Made by a program: the position numbers and the translations under genes. Below, piece after piece: positions 11,412 to 21,465 of a stretch of DNA of 64,000 nucleotides. Below the pieces are notes generated by a model. That model had not been told where the DNA came from. It made no database searches and saw nothing but the letters and a program-made list of their open reading frames with translations. The stretch spans positions 159,511 to 223,510 of the forward strand of contig JAKAGM010000002.1 of NCBI GenBank assembly GCA_021815445.1. Direction: 5' to 3'. This stretch comes from a bacterium (GTDB lineage: Bacteria; Patescibacteriota; Patescibacteriia; UBA10025). Every line of letters starts with the position of its first letter. The first letter of the stretch is position 1.

Positions 11412-12437
11412 ATGCCTACTCCAACCAAATCAACAAGCGGCGGCAGAATCAGGGCCGCTAATGAAGCCGTAGACCAGATTAAAGAACGCTTCGGCGAGGG
11501 TGCCATCATGCGCCTCGGCGATGCGAAAAAGCTTGACGTCGAGGTCGTATCCACCGGCTGTCTGTCGCTTGATCTCGCGCTTGGCGTACTCGGCGTCCCC
11601 CGAGGACGCGTTATAGAAATCTACGGGCCTGAAGCATCGGGAAAAACCACACTTGCCCTCCATGTCGTCGCAAACGTCCAGAAAGGCGGAGGAGTCGCGG
11701 CGTATGTCGATGCCGAGCACGCGCTCGATCCCGACTATGCAAAGAAAATCGGCGTCAACGTGGACGACCTGCTCATTTCACAGCCGGACACCGGCGAGCA
11801 AGCTCTGGAGATAGTTGAGACGCTCGTCCGATCCAACGGCGTTGATCTCGTGGTTATCGACTCAGTGGCGGCGCTGACGCCGAAGGCCGAGATTGAAGGC
11901 GAGATGGGTGAACACCACATGGCGCTCCAGGCCCGTCTCATGAGCCAGGCGCTGAGGAAACTCACTGCCATTGTCAGCAAGACCAAGACGATGATCATTT
12001 TCATCAACCAGACCCGCATGAAAGTCGGCGTGTTTTTCGGCAATCCCGAGACTACAACGGGCGGCATGGCCCTAAAATTCTATTCTTCAGTCCGCATCGA
12101 GGTCCGCCGTTCGGCAAACATCAAGGTTGGCGAAGAAGTGATCGGGAACCGGGTGAAAGCCAAAATAGTCAAAAACAAGGTTGCGCCACCCTTCAAAACC
12201 TGCGAATTTGACATCATGTATAACCAAGGTATTTCCACGGCGGGTGATATCCTCGACCTTGGAGTGACAAAAAATGTACTGACGAAGTCGGGCAACTCCT
12301 TCAGCTACGGCGAACGGAAGATCGGTATCGGCCACGAAACTGCGCGAAGAGCGATCCATGATGACAAGAAACTCCAGGAAGAACTCCGCAAAAAGATTAT
12401 CGAGGTGATAAAGGTGGAAAATAAAGAGAAAGAGTAG
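11412..12437 (+). CDS. recA: Recombinase A
   Basis: [36 protein letters not shown]. Confidence 0.99.
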   Translation: MPTPTKSTSGGRIRAANEAVDQIKERFGEGAIMRLGDAKKLDVEVVSTGCLSLDLALGVLGVPRGRVIEIYGPEASGKTTLALHVVANVQKGGGVAAYVDAEHALDPDYAKKIGVNVDDLLISQPDTGEQALEIVETLVRSNGVDLVVIDSVAALTPKAEIEGEMGEHHMALQARLMSQALRKLTAIVSKTKTMIIFINQTRMKVGVFFGNPETTTGGMALKFYSSVRIEVRRSANIKVGEEVIGNRVKAKIVKNKVAPPFKTCEFDIMYNQGISTAGDILDLGVTKNVLTKSGNSFSYGERKIGIGHETARRAIHDDKKLQEELRKKIIEVIKVENKEKE

Positions 12438-12493
12438 CTTTTCTCTCGGGGGCTTTATCGCCCGGTACTTTTTTGCTGCCGGAAGCGCTTTAT

Positions 12494-12566
12494 TTGCTTT
12501 CCTGGCGTGTTTGTATTAAGATAACGTTCAATAAAAACTGGTCATTGACTCAACCGAATAAGGAGG
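12494..12566 (+). promoter_or_regulatory. Promoter and SD of the plsX unit
   Basis: TTGCTT-17-TAAGAT (12494-12522); AAGGAGG 12560-12566 before GTG 12575. Confidence 0.65.
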
Positions 12567-12574
12567 AATACACA

Positions 12575-13636
12575 GTGCCTCGTATATGGATAGCTGTTGA
12601 CGCCGTGGGCGGGGATGACTTTCCATCCGTACCGATTGCTGGTGCGATACTCGCTCTCAAGGAATTGCGACATGATTTGGGTGTAACCCTTGTCGGGCCG
12701 ACCGATGTGATAGAAGCTGAGCTTAGGCGACATCACTATGACCCTAAACGAATCCGCGTATGTCCGGCTTCCCAGGTGATTGCCATGAATGAAAAACCTT
12801 CGGTTGCTGTAGACGTTATCGATTCCTCGATTTCTACCGGATTGGCTCTCCAGCGACAAGGATTGTCGGACGGCTTTGTGAGCGCGGGCAATACTGGGGC
12901 GATCATGGCGCTTGCATTGCTCAAACTCGGCCGTATTCATGGGATCAAACGTCCTGCGCTTGCGGTACCGTTTCCCACCGCAAAACAACCCTGTGTAGTG
13001 TTGGATGTCGGGGCGACCATGGATGCTACATCGGAACAACTCGGCCAGTTCTCGCTTATGGGTCCCGTATATTCCGAACTTATCCACGGCATCAAGGATC
13101 CAAGCGTCGGGCTGATGAGTGTCGGTGAAGAAGACGGCAAGGGGAACAAGGTGACTCAGGCGGCATATAAACTCCTGCAAACGCTTGGTAGCAAGGGCGC
13201 AATCAGGTTCACGGGAAACGTTCAGGGTAAGGATATCCTTACCGGCAACACGAACGTCATAGTTATCGACGGATTCGCCGGGAATGTAGTCCTCAAGCTC
13301 ACCGAGAGTTTTCTACCCGCTTTCAAGGATCTCCTGAAAAAGATCATTCAGAACGGCGGGAAGTGGCAAAAGTTTTGGGCATGGGTCGCAACCCGCATCC
13401 TCCTAACGCCGACCATTAAGTCGGTTAAGCTCGCCCTCGAAGCTGAGGAATACGGAGGAGCCCCGCTTTTAGGTGTCAGAGGCGTTGTCATTGTCGCTCA
13501 TGGCAATTCGACACCAAAGGCGATCGTCAGCGCTGTGAACCACGCCTGCTGTCTGCTGCAGTACGACATCAGCGGTGTTATCGAAAAACGCCACAAGCAG
13601 TTTGCTGCTTGTTTCGAACCTGCGCCCGGTGAATGA
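12575..13636 (+). CDS. plsX: Phosphate acyltransferase PlsX
   Basis: IAVDAVGGD, VSAGNTGA, GIKRPAL, LDVGA, VGEE.GKG, DGFAGNVVLK, YGGAPLLGV, HGNS. Confidence 0.93.
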   Translation: MPRIWIAVDAVGGDDFPSVPIAGAILALKELRHDLGVTLVGPTDVIEAELRRHHYDPKRIRVCPASQVIAMNEKPSVAVDVIDSSISTGLALQRQGLSDGFVSAGNTGAIMALALLKLGRIHGIKRPALAVPFPTAKQPCVVLDVGATMDATSEQLGQFSLMGPVYSELIHGIKDPSVGLMSVGEEDGKGNKVTQAAYKLLQTLGSKGAIRFTGNVQGKDILTGNTNVIVIDGFAGNVVLKLTESFLPAFKDLLKKIIQNGGKWQKFWAWVATRILLTPTIKSVKLALEAEEYGGAPLLGVRGVVIVAHGNSTPKAIVSAVNHACCLLQYDISGVIEKRHKQFAACFEPAPGE

Positions 13637-13660
13637 AAACACCTGGCGCTTTTCTTTTTT
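13622..13660 (+). terminator. Intrinsic terminator of plsX
   Basis: GCGCC-CGGTG...CACC-TGGCGC followed by a T run; the plsX stop lies in the loop. Confidence 0.6.
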
Positions 13661-14450
13661 ATTCTATTTTAATCTGTTCTATCTTCACCGGCTGTCCGAG
13701 CCAGTGAGTAGCGATATTCCGTACTTTATCAGTCACGTCGCTAAAATAAAAAATATGTTTTCCGTTTTTCGCGAGCGCGCTATCAATGTCCTGATGCGTG
13801 GCAAGGAAACGCTGGACTGTTTTTACCGTTTCTTCGGCAGGGTCAACGACCCGAACTCTCCTCCCGACTTTTGCCTGAATGAGTGTTCTGAGGAGCGGGT
13901 AGTGAGTACAGCCGAGGATTAAAGCGTCGATACTCTTGGCTTTAAGGCCGGAGAGATATCCCCTGACGATCATTTTCGTCTCAGGTTTCCTGAGCCAATT
14001 CTCCTCGACAAGCGGGACGAGCAAGGGGCAGGCCTGCTGGAAAACTTGGTAGCCGTTATTCTTTTCGCGCAGGAGCCGCTCGTAGATACCGCTTCCAATA
14101 GTTGCCGTGGTGCCAATGACACCTATTCTTCTTACTTTGGTGATACTCACGGCCTTTGCCACAGCCGGGGTGATGACGTTAAAAATAGGCACATCGGGGA
14201 ATTCTCTTTTGAGCGCATCCAGGGCGACGGCTGAAGCCGTGTTGCATCCCGCGATAATCAGCTTTGCGCCTTTCTCTAGCAAGAGTCTGACATCCTGGAT
14301 TGCGTAGCGGGTAACGAGCTCAGCGCTTTTATTCCCATAAGGCGTGCGTGCCGTGTCGCCAAAATACACCAGCTGGTACTGGGGAAGTTGTTTCATCACT
14401 TCCTTGACGACGGTGAGACCGCCGACGCCTGAGTCGAAGATTCCGATCAT
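13659..14450 (-). CDS. murI: Glutamate racemase
   Basis: IGIFDSGVGGLTV, PYGNKS, GCNTAS, LGCTHYP. Confidence 0.97.
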   Translation of the reverse strand: MIGIFDSGVGGLTVVKEVMKQLPQYQLVYFGDTARTPYGNKSAELVTRYAIQDVRLLLEKGAKLIIAGCNTASAVALDALKREFPDVPIFNVITPAVAKAVSITKVRRIGVIGTTATIGSGIYERLLREKNNGYQVFQQACPLLVPLVEENWLRKPETKMIVRGYLSGLKAKSIDALILGCTHYPLLRTLIQAKVGRRVRVVDPAEETVKTVQRFLATHQDIDSALAKNGKHIFYFSDVTDKVRNIATHWLGQPVKIEQIKIE

Positions 14451-15970
14451 ATAATAAGTGAATTTCCCGTCATTTCTTTTGGCTTAGATATTCCGAGGAG
14501 TTGTAAGGCCGTAGGGGCGACATCCTGGAGACTGCCCGCCTCGCGCAGGGTCGCTGAAGCGTTCTGTTCATCCACATAGATGAAGGGTACATGAGAATCC
14601 GTGTGGGCGGTATGCGGCTGGTTGAGCTTGTGATCCCAGTTGATTTCCGCATCCCCATGGTCCGCCGTTACCAGCATCATACCATTTACATTGAGAAGCT
14701 CGCTATAGATAAGCCCGAGGGCCGTATCGACGGTGTGCACGCCCCGCATAATCGCTTCCTTATTGCCCGTATGTCCCAGGATGTCCGGGTTTGCGAAATT
14801 GACGATATAAATATCGTATGACTTTTCGTGCAAGCGGTTCGCCACTTCTTTGGCTATCTCCAGCGCTTTCATGTCGGGCTTGAGGTCATAGGTAGGAATC
14901 CTGTCGGAAGGGATCAGCGTCCGTTTCTCGCCGGGAAAGGGCTCTTCGCGGAGGCCGCTGAAAATCTTCGTGACATACGCCCACTTTTCGGTTTCCGCAC
15001 AGCGCAGCTGCGTAAGATGCTCACGACTCGCGATCTCTCCAAAAGTATTGCGAGGAACATCCCTCTTGAATGCCACCGGGCAGGGGATGCCGGTGTAGTA
15101 ATCAGTCAGAGCTACATACCGAATAACAGGACGCTTATTTTTTGGAAAGTGTTTAAAATCGGATTCCACCAATGCCTGTGTGATTTCGATTTCCCTGTCT
15201 ACGCGATAATTAAAGTTCCAAACAACATCGTGGTCTCTGAAAATGCCCTCGGGGAGTATCAAGGTGGGTTTGATAAATTCATCCGTCTCACCGCGTTGGT
15301 ACGCATCATCAATTGCCCGGTCGATTGTCGTTGCGCTGAAGTCGGCTTTGCCTAAAGTCAGCAGATTATAGGCTTTTTCCACCCGCTCCCATCGATGATC
15401 GCGATCCATGGCCCAATATCGTCCCATGATACTGGCGATTTTGCCGATACTCACGGACTGCAAGCGCTGGACGTAGTGTTTGACCATTTGCGGAGAGGTA
15501 TCCCGCCCGTCGGAGAAAACATGGATAAAGATCTTTTCATCCGGGACTCCATACTTTTTTGCCATACGCAGGAGCGCATGGCACGTTTCATCGTATGAAT
15601 GGACTCCTTTGTCGGAAAGCAGTCCCATGAGATGGAGTCGGCCGCCGTGGTTCTTGATATATAGCAGGGAGTCAAGATATGCCCGGTTCTCGGTGATGGA
15701 CCCGTCCTGCGTTGCCAGCTTAATCTGATTTTGCGGTAAAAGAACATTCCGTCCGGCGCCGATGATCAGATGGCCGATTTCTGAGGAGCCCTGATGGCCG
15801 GGGGTAAGTCCGACAAATTCGCCCGCAGCGCCGATGATAGCGTTCGGGTATGTTTTTAGGAGATGGTCGATGTTGGGCGTCTCGGCGAGAAATATCGCAT
15901 TATGCTCGTTTTCCGCACCGACACCCCAGCCATCCATAATAACCAGGACTAAAGGACGCGGTGTATTCAT
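14447..15970 (-). CDS. gpmI: 2,3-bisphosphoglycerate-independent phosphoglycerate mutase
   Basis: LVIMDGWG, GSSEIGH, DGRDT, GRYWAMDRD, ANPDILGHTG, TADHG; start set at MNTPRP. Confidence 0.96.
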   Translation of the reverse strand: MNTPRPLVLVIMDGWGVGAENEHNAIFLAETPNIDHLLKTYPNAIIGAAGEFVGLTPGHQGSSEIGHLIIGAGRNVLLPQNQIKLATQDGSITENRAYLDSLLYIKNHGGRLHLMGLLSDKGVHSYDETCHALLRMAKKYGVPDEKIFIHVFSDGRDTSPQMVKHYVQRLQSVSIGKIASIMGRYWAMDRDHRWERVEKAYNLLTLGKADFSATTIDRAIDDAYQRGETDEFIKPTLILPEGIFRDHDVVWNFNYRVDREIEITQALVESDFKHFPKNKRPVIRYVALTDYYTGIPCPVAFKRDVPRNTFGEIASREHLTQLRCAETEKWAYVTKIFSGLREEPFPGEKRTLIPSDRIPTYDLKPDMKALEIAKEVANRLHEKSYDIYIVNFANPDILGHTGNKEAIMRGVHTVDTALGLIYSELLNVNGMMLVTADHGDAEINWDHKLNQPHTAHTDSHVPFIYVDEQNASATLREAGSLQDVAPTALQLLGISKPKEMTGNSLII

Positions 15971-15983
15971 AGGAAGATAGTAG

Positions 15984-16649
15984 CTAGCCGCTAAAGGAGA
16001 GCTGCTCGATTCGTCTCGATAATTCCCGCAACGAGGATATCGTGCTGTCTGCCAATCGCCGCTGCGCAGGAAGGGTATATGACGTTTTGAGGAGGACACA
16101 CACCATGCCTGCTCGTTTCGCCGCTTTCACTCCGGCGAGCGAGTCTTCAACGACTACACATTCAGAAGGTTTTACGCCGAGCTTTTTTGCCGTTCGAAGG
16201 TAAATATCAGGATGAGGTTTCGCTATGCGGACTTCATCGCCTGCGACTATGCGGGTAAAGAAACGTTTTATCTTAATCCTTGCCAATTCGACCTCTACAA
16301 CTGATCTGGGCGACGAGGATGCTAATGCGACGGGGTATATCTTTGCGAGCGCTTTGACCGACTCAACAGCGTAGGGCGTTGGTCGCAGGTATCTGCGAAA
16401 TAAGTTCAAAACTATCTTCATGCGCTCGCGGTGTATCCCTGCCACAGAGTCTTTGATTTTAAAAAATCGCTTAATAAAACGCGTAACCTGCCGAATGTCA
16501 CGTCCTTTCATGTACCGTGTTGAGAGATCAGCGAAATTTTTCGGTACGGTAATACCCTTTTTTTCAAAGTAGATATCCATCATACGAATCCACAACGGTT
16601 CCGAGTCGGCCAGCACTCCGTCAAGATCGAAGATAACCGCCCGTATCAT
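15984..16649 (-). CDS. HAD-superfamily phosphatase (beta-PGM-like)
   Basis: FDLDGVLADSE, KPHPDIY, EDSLAGV. Confidence 0.9.
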   Translation of the reverse strand: MIRAVIFDLDGVLADSEPLWIRMMDIYFEKKGITVPKNFADLSTRYMKGRDIRQVTRFIKRFFKIKDSVAGIHRERMKIVLNLFRRYLRPTPYAVESVKALAKIYPVALASSSPRSVVEVELARIKIKRFFTRIVAGDEVRIAKPHPDIYLRTAKKLGVKPSECVVVEDSLAGVKAAKRAGMVCVLLKTSYTLPAQRRLADSTISSLRELSRRIEQLSFSG

Positions 16650-17983
16650 GCGTTTTGTTTGATGAAATCGAGGAGTTCTTTTTGTTTTGCCGTGAGAATC
16701 TCGGGGGTATTACCCTCTACGGTGATACGAAGCAGGGGCTCGGTGTTTGACGGGCGAACGTTGAACCACCAGTCGGCATATTCGACAGTGATGCCGTCCA
16801 GTCCGTCCTGCTTTCCGTCAGCGTATCGTTTTTTTACTTTTTCTATTATTTTTTTAGAATCTTCAACTTCGATATTTACCTCGTCGGCCTTCGCATACGG
16901 GTTCATCCCATCGATGATTTTGGATAGCGGCCTATTTTCTTCCGAAATAAGTGAAAGAAGGATCAAAAACGCGATAAAACCGGAATCAGCGTAATAATTA
17001 TCCCGAAATGCGTAATGGGCTGACAGCTCTCCGCTCATTACCCCGTCGTGCTGCTGCATCGCTTTCGCGAGGTTTACGAAGCCGACAGCTGTGCGCAAGG
17101 GTTTCCCGCCCCATTCCCTGATTCTTTGCGGTACTGCCCGGCTGCAAATGACATTGTAAGCGACACCGGCTCCCGGGTGCTTTTGCAGAAAATATTTCGC
17201 GAGTATCAAAAGCGTCGTATCCGCGCGGACAAAGTCGCCTTTTTCGGTGACAAAGAACAGCCGGTCGGTGTCGCCGTCAATGATGACGCCGAAGTCGGCT
17301 TTCCGCTTAACCACTTCAGCTTTAATCTGCACTTGGGATTCGGGCAGGAGGGGATTCGACGGGTGTTCGGGAAAATTGCCGTCGAGTTCGAAGTTTAGCG
17401 GGATAAGTTTGCACGGCAGACGCTTAAAAAGCAGAGGCATAACTTTCCCTGCCATGCCGTTTCCCGCATCGACGACGATAGTAAACGGCTTTATCGTGTT
17501 TACATTGATGAAAGATAAAACATGCTCGATATATTCGGGCATAATATCCCGTTCTCGCACAGTCCCGCGTTGCGCGGCGGCAGAAAATGTTTTATCTTTC
17601 AGAAATTCGTACAATTCCACGCCCCTGACCCACTCGATTCCTTTGGGAACTTTATAGACCATTTTCATTCCGTTGTATTCTTTCGGGTTGTGGGACGCTG
17701 TGACCATGATGCCGGCATTGTAATCGAATTTCCCCACGCTAAAATACACGGCGTCGATTGGCACCATGCCTATGGATTCCACATTTACGCCCTGGCTCGT
17801 CAGGCCCCCCGTGAGTTTTTCCGCGAGTTCCGAGGATCCGATGCGCATGTCGCGGCCGACGACAACTTTTTTTGCCTTCGTCATTTGGGCGAACGCCTGG
17901 CCCACGAGATATGCTATCTCGCCATCCAAGTCTTTTGGATAGATGCCCCTGATATCGTATGACTTGAAAATGCTCCTTTTCAC
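16646..17983 (-). CDS. Phosphomannomutase/phosphoglucomutase
   Basis: FKSYDIRG, TASHNP, DGDTDR, GELSAHY, VRPSNTEP. Confidence 0.95.
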   Translation of the reverse strand: MKRSIFKSYDIRGIYPKDLDGEIAYLVGQAFAQMTKAKKVVVGRDMRIGSSELAEKLTGGLTSQGVNVESIGMVPIDAVYFSVGKFDYNAGIMVTASHNPKEYNGMKMVYKVPKGIEWVRGVELYEFLKDKTFSAAAQRGTVRERDIMPEYIEHVLSFINVNTIKPFTIVVDAGNGMAGKVMPLLFKRLPCKLIPLNFELDGNFPEHPSNPLLPESQVQIKAEVVKRKADFGVIIDGDTDRLFFVTEKGDFVRADTTLLILAKYFLQKHPGAGVAYNVICSRAVPQRIREWGGKPLRTAVGFVNLAKAMQQHDGVMSGELSAHYAFRDNYYADSGFIAFLILLSLISEENRPLSKIIDGMNPYAKADEVNIEVEDSKKIIEKVKKRYADGKQDGLDGITVEYADWWFNVRPSNTEPLLRITVEGNTPEILTAKQKELLDFIKQNA

Positions 17984-19137
17984 GGGTGTGGCTGGTGAGA
18001 TGAAGATCTGACCGTTTCAACCACTGCACCGATAGCCCACAGTGCGGCCACAAATCCTAACATCCATCCCACCGTTGGAATGTTCACTATGCAGTAGACT
18101 ATGGTTGTCCCAAGCATCATAGGCCAAAATAGGGCGCGCGCCTGTTTGGCATCTTTTTGCGGCTTCATCCTGTTCAGGAGGTATTCTCCAAGGTATGTTC
18201 CGACGATAATTTTAGAAAGATATACGAGCATGGCATATAGTGATAGTGCTATAGCGGCAAAAGGTATGCCAATGAGGGTAAAAAGCAGTATCAGGGCTCC
18301 GAGGGGGGTGAGCAGTGTCACGAGGATGCCCGTTAAAAATGTCTTTCCAGACTTTGTGTGTGCCGTATCAAGTACGCGGCGTAGCAGGCGCTGCCCGAGC
18401 GAGACGACGATAACGCCCACAAAAAGCAGGGCAAAAAGCCCTATCAGCTTGGCGAAAACCCATGAAGCGCTCAGCGTCCCCCCGGCCGATGTAACCGACT
18501 GCGATGGGACGTTGTGGACAGTTTTTCCTGAAAGCGCCGCGCCGGTTTGAATTGTCGCTGACTGTACTCCCGTATACTGGAGATCGCCGCCAACTTTTGC
18601 CGTCGGAAGGAAGGTAAGCGTGCCTGCGTCGTTCAACGTTCCCGTGAACTTCTTTTCAACATTTCCACCCACGGCAATCGTGCCGCCGTAAACCGCGGCA
18701 TTGCCTTTCACAGTGCCCTGAAGTGTGGCAGTCTGCGCGCCTGAGACGAGATTCCATCCGACAGACGCTGTATTGCCGAGCGTGATGTCCCGTCCGAAAG
18801 CGTACACATTCCTTGCTGTTGCGCCCGTGATATCTACTGTCATGCCGAATGCGCGAATATTACCGCCTACCGTTCCTGAGACTTTTATCGTACTGCCAAC
18901 AACAATGACGTCACCGGCAACGTCTCCATTCACTGTCACGATATTTCCAACCGCTAACAGGTCTCCGTTAATTTTCCCGTCAACGGTAATTGTGTTTCCG
19001 ACCCGCATCACATTGTCATCGATGACCTCATCTTTGCCTATATAGACGACGTCTTGTGACGTCGCGGCAATGACAGTCGCGGGGATGGCGGCTGCTATTA
19101 CTATGAATAGAACAAAAAAGATGAATGTATGTTTCAT
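17980..19137 (-). CDS. Exported beta-helix (bactofilin-like) domain plus multi-pass membrane protein
   Basis: Signal peptide, repeated G..V.GD/GN units, several C-terminal TM helices. Confidence 0.75.
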   Translation of the reverse strand: MKHTFIFFVLFIVIAAAIPATVIAATSQDVVYIGKDEVIDDNVMRVGNTITVDGKINGDLLAVGNIVTVNGDVAGDVIVVGSTIKVSGTVGGNIRAFGMTVDITGATARNVYAFGRDITLGNTASVGWNLVSGAQTATLQGTVKGNAAVYGGTIAVGGNVEKKFTGTLNDAGTLTFLPTAKVGGDLQYTGVQSATIQTGAALSGKTVHNVPSQSVTSAGGTLSASWVFAKLIGLFALLFVGVIVVSLGQRLLRRVLDTAHTKSGKTFLTGILVTLLTPLGALILLFTLIGIPFAAIALSLYAMLVYLSKIIVGTYLGEYLLNRMKPQKDAKQARALFWPMMLGTTIVYCIVNIPTVGWMLGFVAALWAIGAVVETVRSSSHQPHP

Positions 19138-19179
19138 AGGGTTATTTCCACCCCATTCTATCACGGGTAGTCCCGCTTT

Positions 19180-19923
19180 TCAACTCAGCTTGCGGGCGAC
19201 TGTCACGATATTTCTCTTGGTCATCTGACGGTCCCATGTCGGAGCATTTTCACTGATAAACTGTTTCTCAATCCTGAAACCGGCTTGGGTCAGCAGTAAG
19301 CTGAGTTCTTCGATGTCGAACGAATGATAATACCTATACACCGTCTTCCCGAGCAGGCGCCATCTCCACGAGATCATGAAATCTTTTTCTTCCAACCCTT
19401 CGAAAAGCTCAGGGTGCTCTTCGCGAAGCTTGTCGCGCCTTTTCACATACCGCGGCTGTTCGCTGAGATTCCAGTTTGTCATGCAGAGCTGGCCTTCGGG
19501 ATCCAAGACTCTCTTTATCTCGCGCAAAGTCGCGAGCTGGTATTCACTCGAGGGGATATGGTGAAGCGTCGCGATGCACATTATCACATTGAATGCGCCG
19601 TCTTCAAAAGGGAGTTTCATAATGTTTCCTTGTACAAACTGTGAAGTGATACGTGGAAAGTTTTTCGCATACTGTTGTGCCTTTGCCAAAAGTTTGCCAC
19701 TATTATCCATACCGGTGTACGAAATCTTCAGATTTTCGAACAATTTCAGCAATCTGCCGTTCCCGCACCCCATGTCAAGGACCCGATAATTATCGTGAAC
19801 CAAGGCGCCGAAGGCCTGCTGTTCTTCCCAGAGATCAGTCCTGCTGTCGGCAAAAGCTCCGGCCAGCTCGTCGTAGCCTTCGCGCGTTTTTTCCAAAATG
19901 TTATCAGCGTGAATTTTATTCAT
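19180..19923 (-). CDS. Class I SAM methyltransferase, Trm9/ALKBH8-like
   Basis: Y..LA..F.DSR...W, VLDMGCGNGRL, IATLHHI....LREIKRVL.P.G, YRYYHSF..EEL; start MNKIH. Confidence 0.75.
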   Translation of the reverse strand: MNKIHADNILEKTREGYDELAGAFADSRTDLWEEQQAFGALVHDNYRVLDMGCGNGRLLKLFENLKISYTGMDNSGKLLAKAQQYAKNFPRITSQFVQGNIMKLPFEDGAFNVIMCIATLHHIPSSEYQLATLREIKRVLDPEGQLCMTNWNLSEQPRYVKRRDKLREEHPELFEGLEEKDFMISWRWRLLGKTVYRYYHSFDIEELSLLLTQAGFRIEKQFISENAPTWDRQMTKRNIVTVARKLS

Positions 19924-21457
19924 GGTTAAAAAAAAGGCAGAACAATTAATTCGCGATCTCCACAACGCCCGCCCGCAGACGCCCGATGATCTGCACCAGC
20001 TCAAGCGCGAGCTCGCAAAACGGTATGGGACAGAGCTTCTCTCCCATACTAACCTTTTAGGCCGTTACAGGCAATTCCTCAAGGATGAGCGCGAGCCGGC
20101 CAACGATCACACACTGAAACTGCTCAGGCGCAGGTCGGTGCGGACGCTCTCAGGAGTCGCTCCCATTACCGTGCTCACCAAGCCGTACCCGTGTCCGGGA
20201 CGGTGCGTCTACTGTCCCACTGAGCGCAACATGCCCAAGAGTTATATCGCCTCCGAGCCCGCCGCCGCACGGGCGCTCGCCAACCAGTTCGATCCGTATA
20301 AGCAGGTGAAGGGCCGCATTAAACAGCTTGAGAACAACGGGCATGTCGCCGACAAAATCGAGCTTATTGTTCTCGGAGGCACGTGGTCATTCTATGAGAA
20401 GGACTATCGTGAGTGGTTTATCAAACGCTGTTTTGACGCGGCAAACGGGATGGAGAACGCGACACTCGGCGAGGCGCAGAAAATGAATGAGACTGCCGAG
20501 CATAGGATTATCGGTCTCACGCTTGAGACGCGGCCTGACTACGTGACCGAAGAAGAGCTGTGGCATATGCGTTTACTCGGGTGCACGCACGTCCAAATCG
20601 GCATACAGTCCTTGGACCAGGCCATCCTTGACCTTATAAAGCGCGATGACACTGTAGAGAGCATGGCGCATGCTACTGCACTATTGAAACAGTTCGGGTT
20701 CAAATTCACGTACCACATCATGCCCGGCTTGCCAGGAGCCACGCCCGAAAAAGACATCCAAACAGTTGAAATGCTTTTTAACGACGAGCGGTTCCAGCCC
20801 GACATGCTCAAAATCTACCCGACAGTCGTCGTTAAGAGTTCGCTCATGTATCAATGGTGGAAAGCCGGGAAATACAAACCGTATGATGACCAGACATTGC
20901 AGGATTTATTGATAGAAATAAAACGCAGGATACCCCCGTATGTCCGTATCAACCGTCTTATTCGCGATATCCCGGGCAACGACATCATTGATGGAAACTT
21001 AGTCACCAATCTCCGCCAGAAGTTGCAGGAACGCGGGGTCGCCTGCCAGTGCATCCGCTGTCGCGAAGCCAAGGGTAAAAAAGTACGCATGGAAGATACC
21101 GAACTTGTCATCCGTACCTATCCCTCTTCGGGCGGTACGGAGCAGTTCATCAGCTTCGAGAGTCCTGACCGCAAAACTATCTATGCGTTCGTTCGTTTGT
21201 TCCTGCCCGGTCATTCACAGCAAGCGTTCGTTCGCGAGCTCCACACGTACGGTGAAATGATTCCAGTCGGTTCCGCAAAAAAAGCCGTCCAGCACGTCGG
21301 GTTCGGCAAACGGTTGATGGCCGAGGCGGAGAAGGTGTCAGCAGAAAAAGGATTCAACAAACTGGCAGTGATTGCAGGCATCGGCGTTCGGGAGTATTAC
21401 CGGAAGATGGGATATAAAGATGAAAATACGTACGTGGTGAAGAGATTGGCGAAGTAA
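19922..21457 (+). CDS. elp3: Elp3-family tRNA uridine(34) carboxymethyl synthase (radical SAM + KAT)
   Basis: VRTLSGVAP, CPGRCVYCP, PKSY..EPA, ETRPD, LKIYP, VRINRL.RDIP, CQCIRCRE, RELH.YG, QH.GFGK.LM, IAGIGVREYY. Confidence 0.93.
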   Translation: MVKKKAEQLIRDLHNARPQTPDDLHQLKRELAKRYGTELLSHTNLLGRYRQFLKDEREPANDHTLKLLRRRSVRTLSGVAPITVLTKPYPCPGRCVYCPTERNMPKSYIASEPAAARALANQFDPYKQVKGRIKQLENNGHVADKIELIVLGGTWSFYEKDYREWFIKRCFDAANGMENATLGEAQKMNETAEHRIIGLTLETRPDYVTEEELWHMRLLGCTHVQIGIQSLDQAILDLIKRDDTVESMAHATALLKQFGFKFTYHIMPGLPGATPEKDIQTVEMLFNDERFQPDMLKIYPTVVVKSSLMYQWWKAGKYKPYDDQTLQDLLIEIKRRIPPYVRINRLIRDIPGNDIIDGNLVTNLRQKLQERGVACQCIRCREAKGKKVRMEDTELVIRTYPSSGGTEQFISFESPDRKTIYAFVRLFLPGHSQQAFVRELHTYGEMIPVGSAKKAVQHVGFGKRLMAEAEKVSAEKGFNKLAVIAGIGVREYYRKMGYKDENTYVVKRLAK

Positions 21458-21465
21458 TACGAGCC

